Source: an uncultured Gemmatimonadales bacterium (lineage in GTDB: Bacteria > Gemmatimonadota > Gemmatimonadetes > Longimicrobiales > Gaopeijiaceae). From it: a stretch of DNA of 64,000 nucleotides. The stretch is from NCBI GenBank assembly GCA_963809895.1, contig CAWELD010000003.1, forward strand, positions 3,424,001 to 3,488,000, given 5' to 3'. This document shows positions 33,789 through 44,910 of the stretch, in pieces (the stretch's first letter is position 1; the number at the start of each line of letters is the position of its first letter). Below the pieces are notes generated by a model. That model was not told where the DNA came from and made no database searches. It saw only the letters and a program-made list of their open reading frames with translations. Both the position numbers and the translations under genes were made by a program.

Positions 33789-36598
33789 ATGATCCGAGCA
33801 CGCTTTCGTGTCGCCTTCACGGCGCTGCTGGCCTCCCTGCCCGCTTCGCTCCAGGCCCAGGTCACGCCGCAAACCCCGCTCCCCGTGGATCCCCAGGTCA
33901 CCGCCGGCCAGCTGGACAACGGCCTGCGCTACCTGATCCGCCCCAACACGCGACCGGAGCAGCGGGCCGAGCTGCGCCTGGTGGTGAACGCCGGCTCCAT
34001 CCTGGAGACCGACGCCCAGCGCGGGCTGGCGCACATGGTGGAGCACATGGCGTTCAACGGCACCGAGCACTTCGAGAAGCAGGAGCTGGTGAACTACCTG
34101 GAGTCCATCGGCATGGAGTTCGGGCCCTCCATCAACGCCTCCACCAACTTCGACGAGACGGTCTACATGCTGCGGGTGCCCACCGACGATCCGGAGGTGC
34201 TGGACAAGGCCTTCCTGATCCTCGAGGACTGGGCCCACGGCGTCACCTTCGACCCCGAAGAGGTCGACAAGGAGCGCGGCGTGGTCATCGAGGAGTGGCG
34301 CCTGGGCCGGGGCGCCTCGGCGCGTATGGCCGACCAGCAGCTCCCGGTCATGTTCAAGGACTCCCGCTACGCCGAGCGGCTTCCCATCGGCTCCGTCGAC
34401 GTGCTGGAGAGCTTCCCGCCCCAGGAGCTGGTGAACTTCTATCACGAGTGGTACCGCCCCGACCTCATGACGGTGGTGGCGGTGGGGGACTTCGATCCCG
34501 CCGACATCGAGGGCCTGGTGCGGAGCCACTTCGGGGGGATTCCCATGCCGGCGAATCCCCAGGAGCGGCGCACCTGGGACGTGCCCGGCCACGACTCCAC
34601 CTACTTCGCCATGGCCACGGATCCCGAGGCCACCAGCTCGCAGGTGGCGATCCTCACCATCCAGGACCCGCCACCCGAGGGCACGGTTGGTGACTACCGG
34701 CGTTCGCTGGTGGAATCCCTCGCCAGCGGAATGCTCAACGCACGCCTGTCGGAGCTGGCGCAGCAGTCCGATCCTCCCTTCGCCTTCGCCGGCACGGCCC
34801 GGGGCCGCTTCATCCGCACCGAGAGCGCGTACCAGCTCGTGGCCGTGGTCCCGGAAGACGGCCACCTGCGGGGCATGGAGGCGATCCTCACCGAGGCCGA
34901 GCGGGCGGCGCGGCACGGCTTCACCGCAGACCGAGCTGGACCGTCAGAAGGCGGACCTCCAGCGCGGGATGGAGCGCATCTACAACGACCGCGACAATCA
35001 GCCGTCGAGCGGCTTCGCCAGCGAGTACGTGAACCACGCGCTCTACGGTGAGCCGATTCCCGGCATCGAGTTCGAGTACGCCATCACCCAGGCGCTCCTG
35101 CCCGGCATCACGCTGGACGAGGTCGAACGCCGTCGCCCGGGCGAACCTGAGCGCCGAGAACCGGGTGGTGCTGGTGAACGGCATCGAAAAGCCGGGCCTC
35201 GAGCTGCCGACGGAGAGCGACTTCCGCCAGCTCTTCCAGCGCGTGGCGGCCAGCGACATCGCGCCCTACGAGGACAACGCTCCGGATCAGCCGCTGGTGG
35301 CCGAGCCGCCCACGCCGGGCTCGGTGGTGAGCGAGGAGACGATCCCGGACCTGGACATCCACGTCTGGCGGCTCTCCAACGGCGCCACCGTGTGGCTCAA
35401 GCCCACCGACTTCAAGGAGGACGAGGTGATGCTCAGGGCCACCAGCCCCGGCGGCTGGTCGCGCTCCACGCCCGACGAGCAGGAGTCGGCACAGTACGCC
35501 GCCACCCTGGTGCAGCAGGGTGGCGTGGGCGACTTCTCCATGATCGACCTGCAGAAGGCCCTGGCCGGCAAGGCGGTCGGAGTGTCGCCCACCATCGACG
35601 AGACCAGCGAAGGGTTCACGGGCCAGGCATCGCCCAAGGACCTGGAAACGCTCCTGCAGCTGGTGTGGCTCTACTTCACCGAGCCGCGCCGAGACGAGTC
35701 CACCTTCCAGGCCTTCCTGTCTCAGGGACGCGCGGTGCTGCAGAACCGGGCAGCCAGCCCACAGGCCGCGTTCAGCGACACGGTCGCCGTGACCATGGCC
35801 CAGCACAACCCACGGGTGCGGCTGCCCACCCCGGACATGCTGGACCGCATCGACCTGGACGAGGCCATGGCCTTCTACCGGGATCGCTTCGCCAGCGCCG
35901 ACGACTTCACATTCGTGCTGGTGGGGGCGCTGGACCTGGACACGGTGCGACCGCTGGTGGAGCGCTACCTCGCTTCACTGCCCGCGCTGGACCGGCAGGA
36001 CGGCTGGGTGGACCTGGACATCGATCCTCCCACCGACGTGGTGGAGAAGACGGTGCACCGGGGCATCGAGCCCAAGAGCCAGACGCACGTGGCCTTCACC
36101 GGACCCTTCGACTACACGCCGGCCAACCGCCTGGCGATCCGGGCGCTGGCGTCGGTGCTGGAGACCCGGCTGCGCGAGCGCCTGCGTGAGGACCTGGGCG
36201 GCACGTACAGCGTGGGCGTGAACGCCGGCTACGAAGACGTGCCCGAGCAGCGCTACACCTTCACCATCGACTTCGGCTCCGATCCCGACCGCGCCCCGGA
36301 GTTGAAGGCAGCCGTCTTCGACGAGATCCATCGGCTCAAGAACGACGGGCCCACCGCCGACGAGGTCGCCACCGTGATCGAGCAGGAGCGGCGCCGCCTG
36401 GAGACCAGCATGGAGCAGAATCCCTGGTGGACCGCGCAGCTCAGCTACGTCTCTCAGAGCGACGACGACCCCCACTATCTGGTGGACATGGGTCGCATGG
36501 ACGCGGTGACGCCGGAGTCGATCCAGCAGGACGCCGAGCGCTACCTGGACGAGGACCGCTACGTGGTGGTGGTGCTGTTGCCCCAGGCCGCGGGTTGA
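33789..36598 (+). CDS. M16 family zinc protease (PqqL-like); +1 frameshifts near 34926 and 35125
   Basis: 'LDNGLRY', HxxEH 'AHMVEHMAFNG', 'NASTNFDETVY', second half 'LSNGATVWLKPTDF', 'RLREDLGGTYSV'; about 935 aa after repair. Confidence 0.9.
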
Positions 36599-36612
36599 AG
36601 GCGAGGGATGGC

Positions 36613-39297
36613 GTGATCCGGAGCCGCCGCGCGCGCCCTGTGGCGGCGGCTCCGGGGCTGACCCTGGCCGCGGTGCTGATCGCGGTGGCGGGCTGCACCG
36701 AGCGGCCCTCGGCCACTACCGTGGTCCTGCCGCTGACCCAGGGATGGACCATGGCCGAGGCCGGCGCCGGAAGCTCCGGAGCCGGACCCACCGACGCACA
36801 CGGTGAGCCCGGGGCCCCGGGCGACACGGTACCCCGAGCGGGCGACGCCGCCTGGGTGCCCGCCACCGTACCCGGGACCGTCCACACGGACCTGCTGGCC
36901 GCCGGCCTCATTCCCGACCCCTACGCCGGCGCCAACGAGGACACGCTTCAGTGGATCGAGGACCGGGATTGGGTCTACCACCTCAGCCTGGATCCGCCGG
37001 AAGGCGTGCGACGCCAGGATCGTCTGGACCTGGTCTTCGACGGGCTGGACACCTACGCCGCGGTGACGCTCAACGGCGACACCGTGCTCGAGGCGGACAA
37101 CATGTTCCGGAGCTGGCGGGTGGACGTGGCGTCGGCCCTCCAACCCGGCGCGAACACCCTGGAGGTGCACTTCCGCTCGCCCATCGCCGTCGGGGAGCGC
37201 CTGGCCGCGGCCCACGCCTTCCCGCTCCCGCAGGGGAGCGACGCCCACGACCCGCCCACCCGTGCCTTCACCCGCAAGGCCGCCTACCAGTACGGCTGGG
37301 ACTGGGGGCCCCGCTTCGTCACCAGCGGCATCTGGCGGCCCGCGCGCCTGGAAGCCTGGTCCGGCGCGCGCATCGCCGATACCTGGGTGCGTGTGGACTC
37401 GCTGGACGCCGACACGGCGCGGGCTCGCGTGCTGGTGACGGTGGAAGCCACGGCCGAGGCCGACGCCAGGCTCCAGATCCGGAGCGACAGCGGCGCGTTC
37501 GAGGCTGTGGGCACGGACGTGCACCTGGAGCCGGGCACGCAGACGCTGGAGCTGCCGCTCCGCATCGCTCGGCCGCGCCTGTGGTGGCCCGCCGGCATGG
37601 GCGAGCCGCATCTCTACCGGGCCGAAGTGTCGCTGTCGGTGGGGCGGAGGCTCGCCGCGGACACCGTGGATTTCGGGCTCCGCACCGTGCGCCTGGTCAC
37701 CGAGCCCGACAGCGTCGGCGAGTCCTTCTACTTCGAGGTGAACGGCCGGCCCCTCTTCGCCCGGGGGGCCAACCTGGTGCCGCTGGACCACTTCACGCCC
37801 CGGGTCGACTCCGCGGACTTCGCGGCACTCTTCGACGACGTGGCCCGAGCCGGCATGAACATGCTCCGGGTGTGGGGCGGCGGAGTGTATCCCCGGGACC
37901 TGTTCTACGACATGGCGGACCGGCGCGGCATCCTGATCTGGCAGGACTTCATGTTCGCCAACGCCCTCTATCCGGCGGATCCGGATTTCCTGGCATCGGT
38001 GCGGGCCGAGGCCACGGACCAGGTCCGCCGTCTCCGGAATCACCCCAGCCTGGCACTCTGGTGCGGCAACAACGAGATCGACGAGGGCTGGCACAACTGG
38101 GGATGGCAACGCTCGCTGGGCTACACGTCGGCCGACTCCACGCGGGCCTGGGCGGACTATCGCGCCGTCTTCGAGGACGCCCTCCCCGGGGTGGTGGCCC
38201 AGCTGGATCCCGGCGTCGCCTACCGGCCGTCGTCTCCCTCCATCGGCTGGGGCCATCCCGAGAGCCTGACCCGGGGCGACAGCCACTACTGGGGCGTGTG
38301 GTGGGGGATGGAGCCGTTCTCCACCTATGCCGCCAAGGTGCCTCGCTTCGCCTCGGAGTTCGGGTTCCAGGGGATGCCGGACCTGGCCACCGTGCGCCGA
38401 TTCGCGCCCCCTGAGCATGTGCGCATGGGCGACGCGCTCTTCGACAACCACGAGAAGCATCCCACGGGATTCCAGACCCTTCGCACCTATCTTGCCCGCG
38501 ACCTGGTGGTGCCGCCGGACTCGGCGATCCGCCCGTGGATCTACGCCACCCAGCTCCTGCAGGCCCGGGGCATGCGGGTGGCCTTCGAGGCCCAGCGCCG
38601 AGCACGTCCCCGCGCCATGGGAACCCTCTACTGGCAACTCAACGACACCTGGCCGGTGGTGTCCTGGTCCAGTCGCGATCACGAGGGACGGCTGAAGATG
38701 CTCCACTACGCCGCCGCCCACGCCTTCGCGCCGCTGCTCGTGTCACCGGTGCTCCAGGGGGACTCCGTTCAGGTGTGGGTGGTGGACGACGAGCCGGGCA
38801 CGGCGGCCGCGGAGCTCACGGTCACGGGCTGGAGCGTGGAGGGCGACACCCTGGCCGTGCGCCGGACCGACGTGGCGACGCCCGACGCGGGCAGCGCACG
38901 CGTGCTCACCGTCCCGGTGTCGGAGTTGCTGAACGGAGTTTCGCCGGAGCGGGCCTTCGTCACCCTGACGCTCCACACGGCCGACGGCCGCGACGCCGAC
39001 AACGTGCTCTACCTGGTGCCGCTGAACGCGCTGGAGCTGCCCGAGCCGGAGATCTCCCATCGCGCGCTCCTCCCGTCCGAAGGCGGCCCCGGTGTGGAGC
39101 TCACCACCCGCTACCCCGCGCACTTCGTCCACCTGGACGTGCCCGGGGCGCCGCTGGAGTTCGACGACGACGGCTTCCTGGTCCTGCCCGGCCAGCGGAA
39201 GCGCGTCACCGCCCACAGGTTGGCACCGAAGAACCGGCAGGACGTGGAAGTCGTGCACGTCACGTCGCTGGCGGAGCTTCTGTCCGGCGGACTCTGA
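36613..39297 (+). CDS. GH2 beta-mannosidase (lipoprotein)
   Basis: 'ATVPGTVHTDL', 'FDGLDTYA', 'RKAAYQYGWDWGP', 'NMLRVWGGG', 'WQDFMFA', 'WCGNNE', 'SEFGFQG', 'YWQLND'. Confidence 0.93.
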   Translation: MIRSRRARPVAAAPGLTLAAVLIAVAGCTERPSATTVVLPLTQGWTMAEAGAGSSGAGPTDAHGEPGAPGDTVPRAGDAAWVPATVPGTVHTDLLAAGLIPDPYAGANEDTLQWIEDRDWVYHLSLDPPEGVRRQDRLDLVFDGLDTYAAVTLNGDTVLEADNMFRSWRVDVASALQPGANTLEVHFRSPIAVGERLAAAHAFPLPQGSDAHDPPTRAFTRKAAYQYGWDWGPRFVTSGIWRPARLEAWSGARIADTWVRVDSLDADTARARVLVTVEATAEADARLQIRSDSGAFEAVGTDVHLEPGTQTLELPLRIARPRLWWPAGMGEPHLYRAEVSLSVGRRLAADTVDFGLRTVRLVTEPDSVGESFYFEVNGRPLFARGANLVPLDHFTPRVDSADFAALFDDVARAGMNMLRVWGGGVYPRDLFYDMADRRGILIWQDFMFANALYPADPDFLASVRAEATDQVRRLRNHPSLALWCGNNEIDEGWHNWGWQRSLGYTSADSTRAWADYRAVFEDALPGVVAQLDPGVAYRPSSPSIGWGHPESLTRGDSHYWGVWWGMEPFSTYAAKVPRFASEFGFQGMPDLATVRRFAPPEHVRMGDALFDNHEKHPTGFQTLRTYLARDLVVPPDSAIRPWIYATQLLQARGMRVAFEAQRRARPRAMGTLYWQLNDTWPVVSWSSRDHEGRLKMLHYAAAHAFAPLLVSPVLQGDSVQVWVVDDEPGTAAAELTVTGWSVEGDTLAVRRTDVATPDAGSARVLTVPVSELLNGVSPERAFVTLTLHTADGRDADNVLYLVPLNALELPEPEISHRALLPSEGGPGVELTTRYPAHFVHLDVPGAPLEFDDDGFLVLPGQRKRVTAHRLAPKNRQDVEVVHVTSLAELLSGGL

Positions 39298-39406
39298 GGA
39301 CGGAGCGGGTGCGCGCCCACGACAACGTGGTGCAGTAGGCCGGGGCGTCCTATTATTCGAGCCTTCAAATGTTTAGCCCGACGCCAGCGCACGCGGAGCG
39401 CACCGA

Positions 39407-42400
39407 GTGATCGAGCTTCCCGACTTCGAAATCACCGAGACCCTCCACGAGGGTAGCGTGTCCACGGTGTACCGGGCGCGCGGCCCTGATGGGCCTGTGG
39501 TGCTCAAGTGCCTGACGGCGCCGTATCCCACGGCCGCCCAACGCGCGGCGTATCAGAGCGAGTTCGACATCCTCTCACGCCTGTCGGCGTCCGGCGTGGC
39601 ACACGCACGGGAGATCCGGCAGGCCGGGCATGCCCCGATTCTGGTGCTGGAATCCATCGACGCGCCGACCCTTCGCGTGGCGCTCGACGGCAAGTCCATG
39701 CGGGTGAAGGACTTTCTGGGTTTTGCGCAAGCGGCGGTCCGCGCGCTGGGCGAGGTCCACGCCGCGGGAGTGATCCACAAGGACCTGAACCCAGACAACA
39801 TCCTCTTCGACCCCGCGACCGGAGAGGTGCACCTCATCGACTTCGACATCGCCACGGAGCTCCCGCGCGAGCAGCCCTCCATCGGCGAGGTCACGCAGGT
39901 CGAAGGCACCTTGCCCTACATCTCGCCGGAGCAAACCGGGCGCATGAACCGTAGCCTGGACTCCCGGTCGGATCTCTACTCTCTGGGTGCCACGTTCTAC
40001 GAGGCCCTGACGGGCAAGCCTCCCTTCGAATCGGACCACCCCATGGGGGTGCTTCACGGGCACATCGCCCGCGTGCCGCGGCCACCGCACGAGCTCGCGC
40101 CCATGCCGCAGGTCCTTTCCGAGATCGTGCTCAAGCTGCTCGCCAAGGACGCCGGTGAACGGTATCAGACGTGCACCGGGCTGCTCCACGATCTGGAGAA
40201 CTGCGACCGACAGCTGAGAGAGACCTATGCCGTCGCGGACTTCCGCCTGGGCCAGCGCGATCGCAGCCTCCGCTTCGAGCTCCCGCAGAAACTGTACGGC
40301 CGCGAGAAGGAGCTCGCCGTTCTGAGAGACGGCTTCGAGCGGGTCTGCGCCGGTCAGACAGGCATCCTCATGGTGGCCGGCTACTCCGGGATCGGGAAGT
40401 CGTCGCTGGTGAACTCGGTACATCGGCCTCTGGTGCGCGAGCGGGGCCGATTCATCCGCGGAAAATACGATCTCCGCCGCCGTGACAAGCCGCTCAGTGC
40501 GATTCTGCAGGCGTTCAGGGATCTCGTGGTGCAGATCATCGTGGAGGACGACGCCGACTTCTGGAAGCGAGAGATCGAGCTGGCGCTGGGCTCCAACATC
40601 GGCGTCGTGGCCAAGGAGATCCCGGAGCTCCAGTACATCGTCGAAGAGCAGGAGCCCCTGCCCGAAGTCGGAGCCATCGAGGCACGCAACCGACTGCACT
40701 TCGCCTTCCAACGATTCGTGTCTGTGTTCGCGAGGCGCGAATCCCCGCTGGTCATCTTCCTCGACGACCTGCAGTGGGCCGATCAGGCGTCGTTGGGCCT
40801 GATCCAGGCGATCCTGACGAACCCGGAGGGGCGCTACCTCTACTTCATGGGGTGCTACCGCGACCACGAGGTGGGTCCGGACCACCCGCTGATCTCGACC
40901 CTGGAATCTGTCGAACGAGTCCACGGCGTCGATCGCATCACGCTTCCTCCGCTCCGTAAAGAACACCTTGAGGAGCTGGTCACCGACGCCTTCAGGACGA
41001 CTCGCGAAGAGTCCGCACAGCTCGCCGAGATCCTCATCGAGAAGACCAACGGCAACCCGTTCTTCGTCGGTGAGTTCCTCCGTGCCCTGAACCAGGCGGG
41101 ACTGTTCACGTACGATGTCGAGCACGGCGAGTGGACCTGGGACACCCGGCAGATTCGCCAGCTCGGGCCCACGGACAACGTGTCCCAGCTCATGACGTCG
41201 CGCCTCAACCGCCTGCAGGAGCCGGCGCGCCGCATTCTCATGCTGGCCGCGTGTATCGGTGCGGAGAGCCGCGAGACGACCCTGGTCGCACTTACCGGCA
41301 AGGATACCCGGGCCATCCAGGCCGATCTTGCCGAAGGCGTGGCGGAAGGCGTCATCATGCGTACCCGCGGCGGAGCGGACCGCAGCTTCCGCTATCGCTT
41401 CGCGCACGATCGCGTGCAGCAATCCGCTTATTCGCTGCTCCCCGAGTCCGAGCGCCCGGCTCGGCACCTGCAGATCGGTCGCCATCTACTCGCAGAGCTG
41501 ACCCCGGCCAACCGCGAGTCCAGGCTCTTCGACGTCGTCGATCAGCTCAATGCCGGTCGTGCCCGCATCGGAGCCGACGAGGAGCTCCTGCAACTCGCCG
41601 CGCTCAATCTAGAGGCGGGCCGACGCGCCAAGGCATCGGCTGCCTTCGAGCCCGCCCTCTCGTACTTCTCCATCGGCATGGACCTCCTGGGGGACGACCC
41701 CTGGAGCACTTCGCCGGACCTGCAGCGGGCCCTTTCCCTGGAGCGCGGCGAAAGCGAGTTCCTCAACGGCCACCACGAGGCTTCGGAGCGGCTCCTCTCC
41801 GACTGCCTCGAGCACGCCCACGACGCCCTCGAAGCCATGCCGGCCTACGCCATCCGCATCGCTTCGCACAACGCACAGGGTCGCTTCGTCGATTCCATCG
41901 GCATCAGCATCGAGGCATTGGCGAAGCTCGGTATCGAGCTCCCCAGCGACCCGGAGGCGATCCAGCAGGCTACCGGTACGGAGCTGGAGCGGGTTCGAAC
42001 CCATCTGGCCAGCCGCGAGATCGAGGACTTGATCGACCTTCCGAAGATGGCCGATCCGCAACTCATCGAAGCCCTGCGCATTCTGGTCATGATGACGTCG
42101 ACGGCCTACATCGGGTATCCCCCGATCTACCCGCTCATCGTCGCTCGGCAGATCAATCTCAGCATCGAGCACGGCAACGCACCGCACTCCCCCGTCGCGT
42201 ATTCGTCCTACGCGGTTCTGAACTCACCGGGTGGCCTGGGTGACCTGGATACCAGCTACCGGTTCGGTGAGCTGTCCCTGGCCATGCTCGACCGGGATCA
42301 CAACCCGGAGAACGCCACCAACATCAACTTCGTGTTCGGGACCTTCGTCAGTCACTGGCGGAATCACATCTCGGCCAGCCTGCAGTATCTGGACACGGCG

Positions 42401-44863
42401 TGCATGACCGCGGTGGAGCTCGGCGATTTCGAGTACGTGCGCTACTCCACCACCTTCGAGGCGTTCTACACGGTGCTCATGTGGCGGGACCTTCAGGCGG
42501 CTCTGGAAGCGTGCGACCGGCGGCGCCTCATGCTCCAGCGACTGGGGCTCGAGCGCGCTTCGGGCGCGTTCATGCTGGCCCGCCAGTTGACCCTGACGCT
42601 GTCTGGGCAAACGGACCCCGAGCATCTCGTGGGACCGGACTTCGACGAGAACGCGGCTCACGCGCAATGGCTCGAGCTGAACGACTTTCTGTCGCTGTCC
42701 TGCCTCGCGATTTCGCGTTTGATCGTGTCGGGACTCTATCGGCGCCGGGACACGGTGGAGCTTGTCGCGGCGGCTCAACCCTTCCTGGTCGCGAACACCG
42801 GCATGTTCCTCCTGGCGGAGTTCCAGCTCGCCGCGGCCCTGGCCTTCACGGACGCGGCCTGGGAAGCCGACGAGGAGACCCGGGCAACCCACCTGGCCTC
42901 GGCGCGGGAGAGCCTCGAGATGCTGGAGACCTGGGCCGCGAAGAGCCCGCAGAACATGCAGCACCGGGTCCTGCTGGTGCGCGCCGAGGTCATGGCCCTC
43001 GAACGCGACCCCGGGGTGGGGATCGCCGACGTGGTGAACCTCTACGAGGAGGCGGGGGCCAGCGCGCGCGAGCACGGATTCCTGCTGCACGAGGGGATCG
43101 CCTACGAGCGCGCCGCCGACTACTGCGAGCGCGTGGGGCTGGCTCGCTTCGCGGGGTCGCTCCTGAACGACGCCATCTACGCGTTCGATCGTCTGGGCGC
43201 GAGACCGAAGGCCGACCTCCTGCGGCAGCGCTCGGGTGAGAAGCCCGCTTCGACGGTCCGCGCCAGCGCTACTGTGCGAGCCGCTTCGGTGTCGCGTGCC
43301 CGGTCGGGGATCGACCCGGACAGCTTTCTCAGGGCAGGGCACGCCATCTCCGAGGCCATCCAGATGGATGTGCTCCTCTCGGAGCTCATGGAGATCCTCA
43401 TCGAGACGGCAGGCGCCCAACGTGGAGCCCTGATCAGGGCATCCGATTCCGGGCTTTGGGTCGCCGCCACCCGTGCTGCGGACGACCCGGAGGTCCACCG
43501 GCTGCAGGCGCCGCTGGACGAGGCGAGCTGGATCGCCGAGAGCATCGTCCGCTACGCGCTTCGAACCCAGGAGCCCCTGGTCCTGGACGATGCGAGCCGG
43601 GAGGGGCCGTTCCAGGACGATCACGCCATCAGTCGGACGGGTACCCGCTCCGTCTTGTGCCTGCCAGTGGTCTATCAGGGCCGCGTGGACAGCCTGCTCT
43701 ACCTCTGCAACAACCTGTCCGCCGGTGCCTTCACCGAGGACCGCATCGAGGGCCTCCGGCTCCTCACCGGGCAGATCGCCGTCTCGCTCAAGAACGCCGA
43801 GCTCTACGAGCAGTTGGAAGAGAAGGTCGAGGAGCGCACCCGTCAGCTCAACGTGCGCAATCGGTTCATCCGCCAGGCCTTCGGGCGCTACATGTCCGAC
43901 GACATCGCCGAGACCCTCCTCGAGTCGCCCGAGGGATTGACGCTGGGCGGTGAGCGCCGGGAGGTCACGATCCTCATGGCAGACCTGCGCGGCTTCACGC
44001 CCCTCACCGATCAGCTCCCCCCGGAGAAGATCGTCAGCATCGTCAACAACTTCCTGGGCGAGATGATCGATCTGGTCTTCCGCCACCAGGGAACCGTCAA
44101 CGAGTTCCTGGGCGATGCCATCCTCGCCATCTTCGGCGCCCCCATCCCCGGGCCCGATCATGCGGAGCACGCCGTGGCCTGCGCCATCGAGATGCAGCTC
44201 GCCATGGAGCACGTGAACTCCCGCAACCGCAAGCTGGGGCTCCCCGACGTGGAGATGGGGATCAGCGTGCACACCGGCGACGTGGTGGTCGGCAACGTGG
44301 GTTCCGAGAAGCGCGCGAAATACGGCGTGGTGGGTCGGCCCGTGAACATCGCGGCCCGCATCCAGTCCTATACCGTCGGTGGTGAGGTGCTGGTCTCGGA
44401 ACACACGCTGGCGCGGGTGGCGGTACCGGTCACCACCGGGCGTGAGCTGGAGGTCCACCCCCGCGGCGTCAGCGAGCCCATGAAGGTCGCGAAGGTGATC
44501 GGGATCGCCGGCGATCACGGCCTCTACCTTCATGAGGACGACCTCGATCTGGCGGGTCTCGATACACCTGTGGAGGTCCGATATCAGGCGCTCAACAACG
44601 CGGATGCGACCCAGGGCTTCTGCCCCGGCAGGATCGTCCGCCTGGCGAGCATCGGTGCCGGACTCACGCTCCACGAGCCCCAACCGCTCTACACGAACCT
44701 CCGCATCAGGCTGCCGGGGCCGGGCGACGCCGAAACGCTGGACGTCTACGGAAAGGTCATGAAGATCGAACAGGACGGCATCCACGTCCTCCGCTTCACC
44801 TCCGTGCCCGCCGAGGCCCGGGGCTGGTTCGAATCCCTGCTGGCCGATGCCGGCGCCATGTGA
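39407..44863 (+). CDS. Ser/Thr kinase - P-loop ATPase (AAA_16/STAND-like) - TPR-like - GAF - class III nucleotide cyclase - PilZ-like multidomain protein
   Basis: Kinase 'IHKDLNPDNIL..IDFDIA..GTLPYISPEQTGRMNR'; 'GYSGIGKS', 'FLDDLQWAD', 'GNPFF', 'FAHDRVQ'; GAF 'SVLCLP..LYLCN..AFT'; cyclase 'ILMADLRGFT..EFLGDA..KYGVVGRPVNIAARIQ'. Confidence 0.9.
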   Translation: MIELPDFEITETLHEGSVSTVYRARGPDGPVVLKCLTAPYPTAAQRAAYQSEFDILSRLSASGVAHAREIRQAGHAPILVLESIDAPTLRVALDGKSMRVKDFLGFAQAAVRALGEVHAAGVIHKDLNPDNILFDPATGEVHLIDFDIATELPREQPSIGEVTQVEGTLPYISPEQTGRMNRSLDSRSDLYSLGATFYEALTGKPPFESDHPMGVLHGHIARVPRPPHELAPMPQVLSEIVLKLLAKDAGERYQTCTGLLHDLENCDRQLRETYAVADFRLGQRDRSLRFELPQKLYGREKELAVLRDGFERVCAGQTGILMVAGYSGIGKSSLVNSVHRPLVRERGRFIRGKYDLRRRDKPLSAILQAFRDLVVQIIVEDDADFWKREIELALGSNIGVVAKEIPELQYIVEEQEPLPEVGAIEARNRLHFAFQRFVSVFARRESPLVIFLDDLQWADQASLGLIQAILTNPEGRYLYFMGCYRDHEVGPDHPLISTLESVERVHGVDRITLPPLRKEHLEELVTDAFRTTREESAQLAEILIEKTNGNPFFVGEFLRALNQAGLFTYDVEHGEWTWDTRQIRQLGPTDNVSQLMTSRLNRLQEPARRILMLAACIGAESRETTLVALTGKDTRAIQADLAEGVAEGVIMRTRGGADRSFRYRFAHDRVQQSAYSLLPESERPARHLQIGRHLLAELTPANRESRLFDVVDQLNAGRARIGADEELLQLAALNLEAGRRAKASAAFEPALSYFSIGMDLLGDDPWSTSPDLQRALSLERGESEFLNGHHEASERLLSDCLEHAHDALEAMPAYAIRIASHNAQGRFVDSIGISIEALAKLGIELPSDPEAIQQATGTELERVRTHLASREIEDLIDLPKMADPQLIEALRILVMMTSTAYIGYPPIYPLIVARQINLSIEHGNAPHSPVAYSSYAVLNSPGGLGDLDTSYRFGELSLAMLDRDHNPENATNINFVFGTFVSHWRNHISASLQYLDTACMTAVELGDFEYVRYSTTFEAFYTVLMWRDLQAALEACDRRRLMLQRLGLERASGAFMLARQLTLTLSGQTDPEHLVGPDFDENAAHAQWLELNDFLSLSCLAISRLIVSGLYRRRDTVELVAAAQPFLVANTGMFLLAEFQLAAALAFTDAAWEADEETRATHLASARESLEMLETWAAKSPQNMQHRVLLVRAEVMALERDPGVGIADVVNLYEEAGASAREHGFLLHEGIAYERAADYCERVGLARFAGSLLNDAIYAFDRLGARPKADLLRQRSGEKPASTVRASATVRAASVSRARSGIDPDSFLRAGHAISEAIQMDVLLSELMEILIETAGAQRGALIRASDSGLWVAATRAADDPEVHRLQAPLDEASWIAESIVRYALRTQEPLVLDDASREGPFQDDHAISRTGTRSVLCLPVVYQGRVDSLLYLCNNLSAGAFTEDRIEGLRLLTGQIAVSLKNAELYEQLEEKVEERTRQLNVRNRFIRQAFGRYMSDDIAETLLESPEGLTLGGERREVTILMADLRGFTPLTDQLPPEKIVSIVNNFLGEMIDLVFRHQGTVNEFLGDAILAIFGAPIPGPDHAEHAVACAIEMQLAMEHVNSRNRKLGLPDVEMGISVHTGDVVVGNVGSEKRAKYGVVGRPVNIAARIQSYTVGGEVLVSEHTLARVAVPVTTGRELEVHPRGVSEPMKVAKVIGIAGDHGLYLHEDDLDLAGLDTPVEVRYQALNNADATQGFCPGRIVRLASIGAGLTLHEPQPLYTNLRIRLPGPGDAETLDVYGKVMKIEQDGIHVLRFTSVPAEARGWFESLLADAGAM

Positions 44864-44910
44864 GTACCCTCTCGACCCGTCATCCATCCCCCCAACCGGA
44901 AAGCCCCCCC

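Noticed and set aside
16496..35125. Programmed frameshifting or phase variation
   Set aside because: No slippery sequences or long repeat tracts at the sites, and the affected genes are unrelated to each other.
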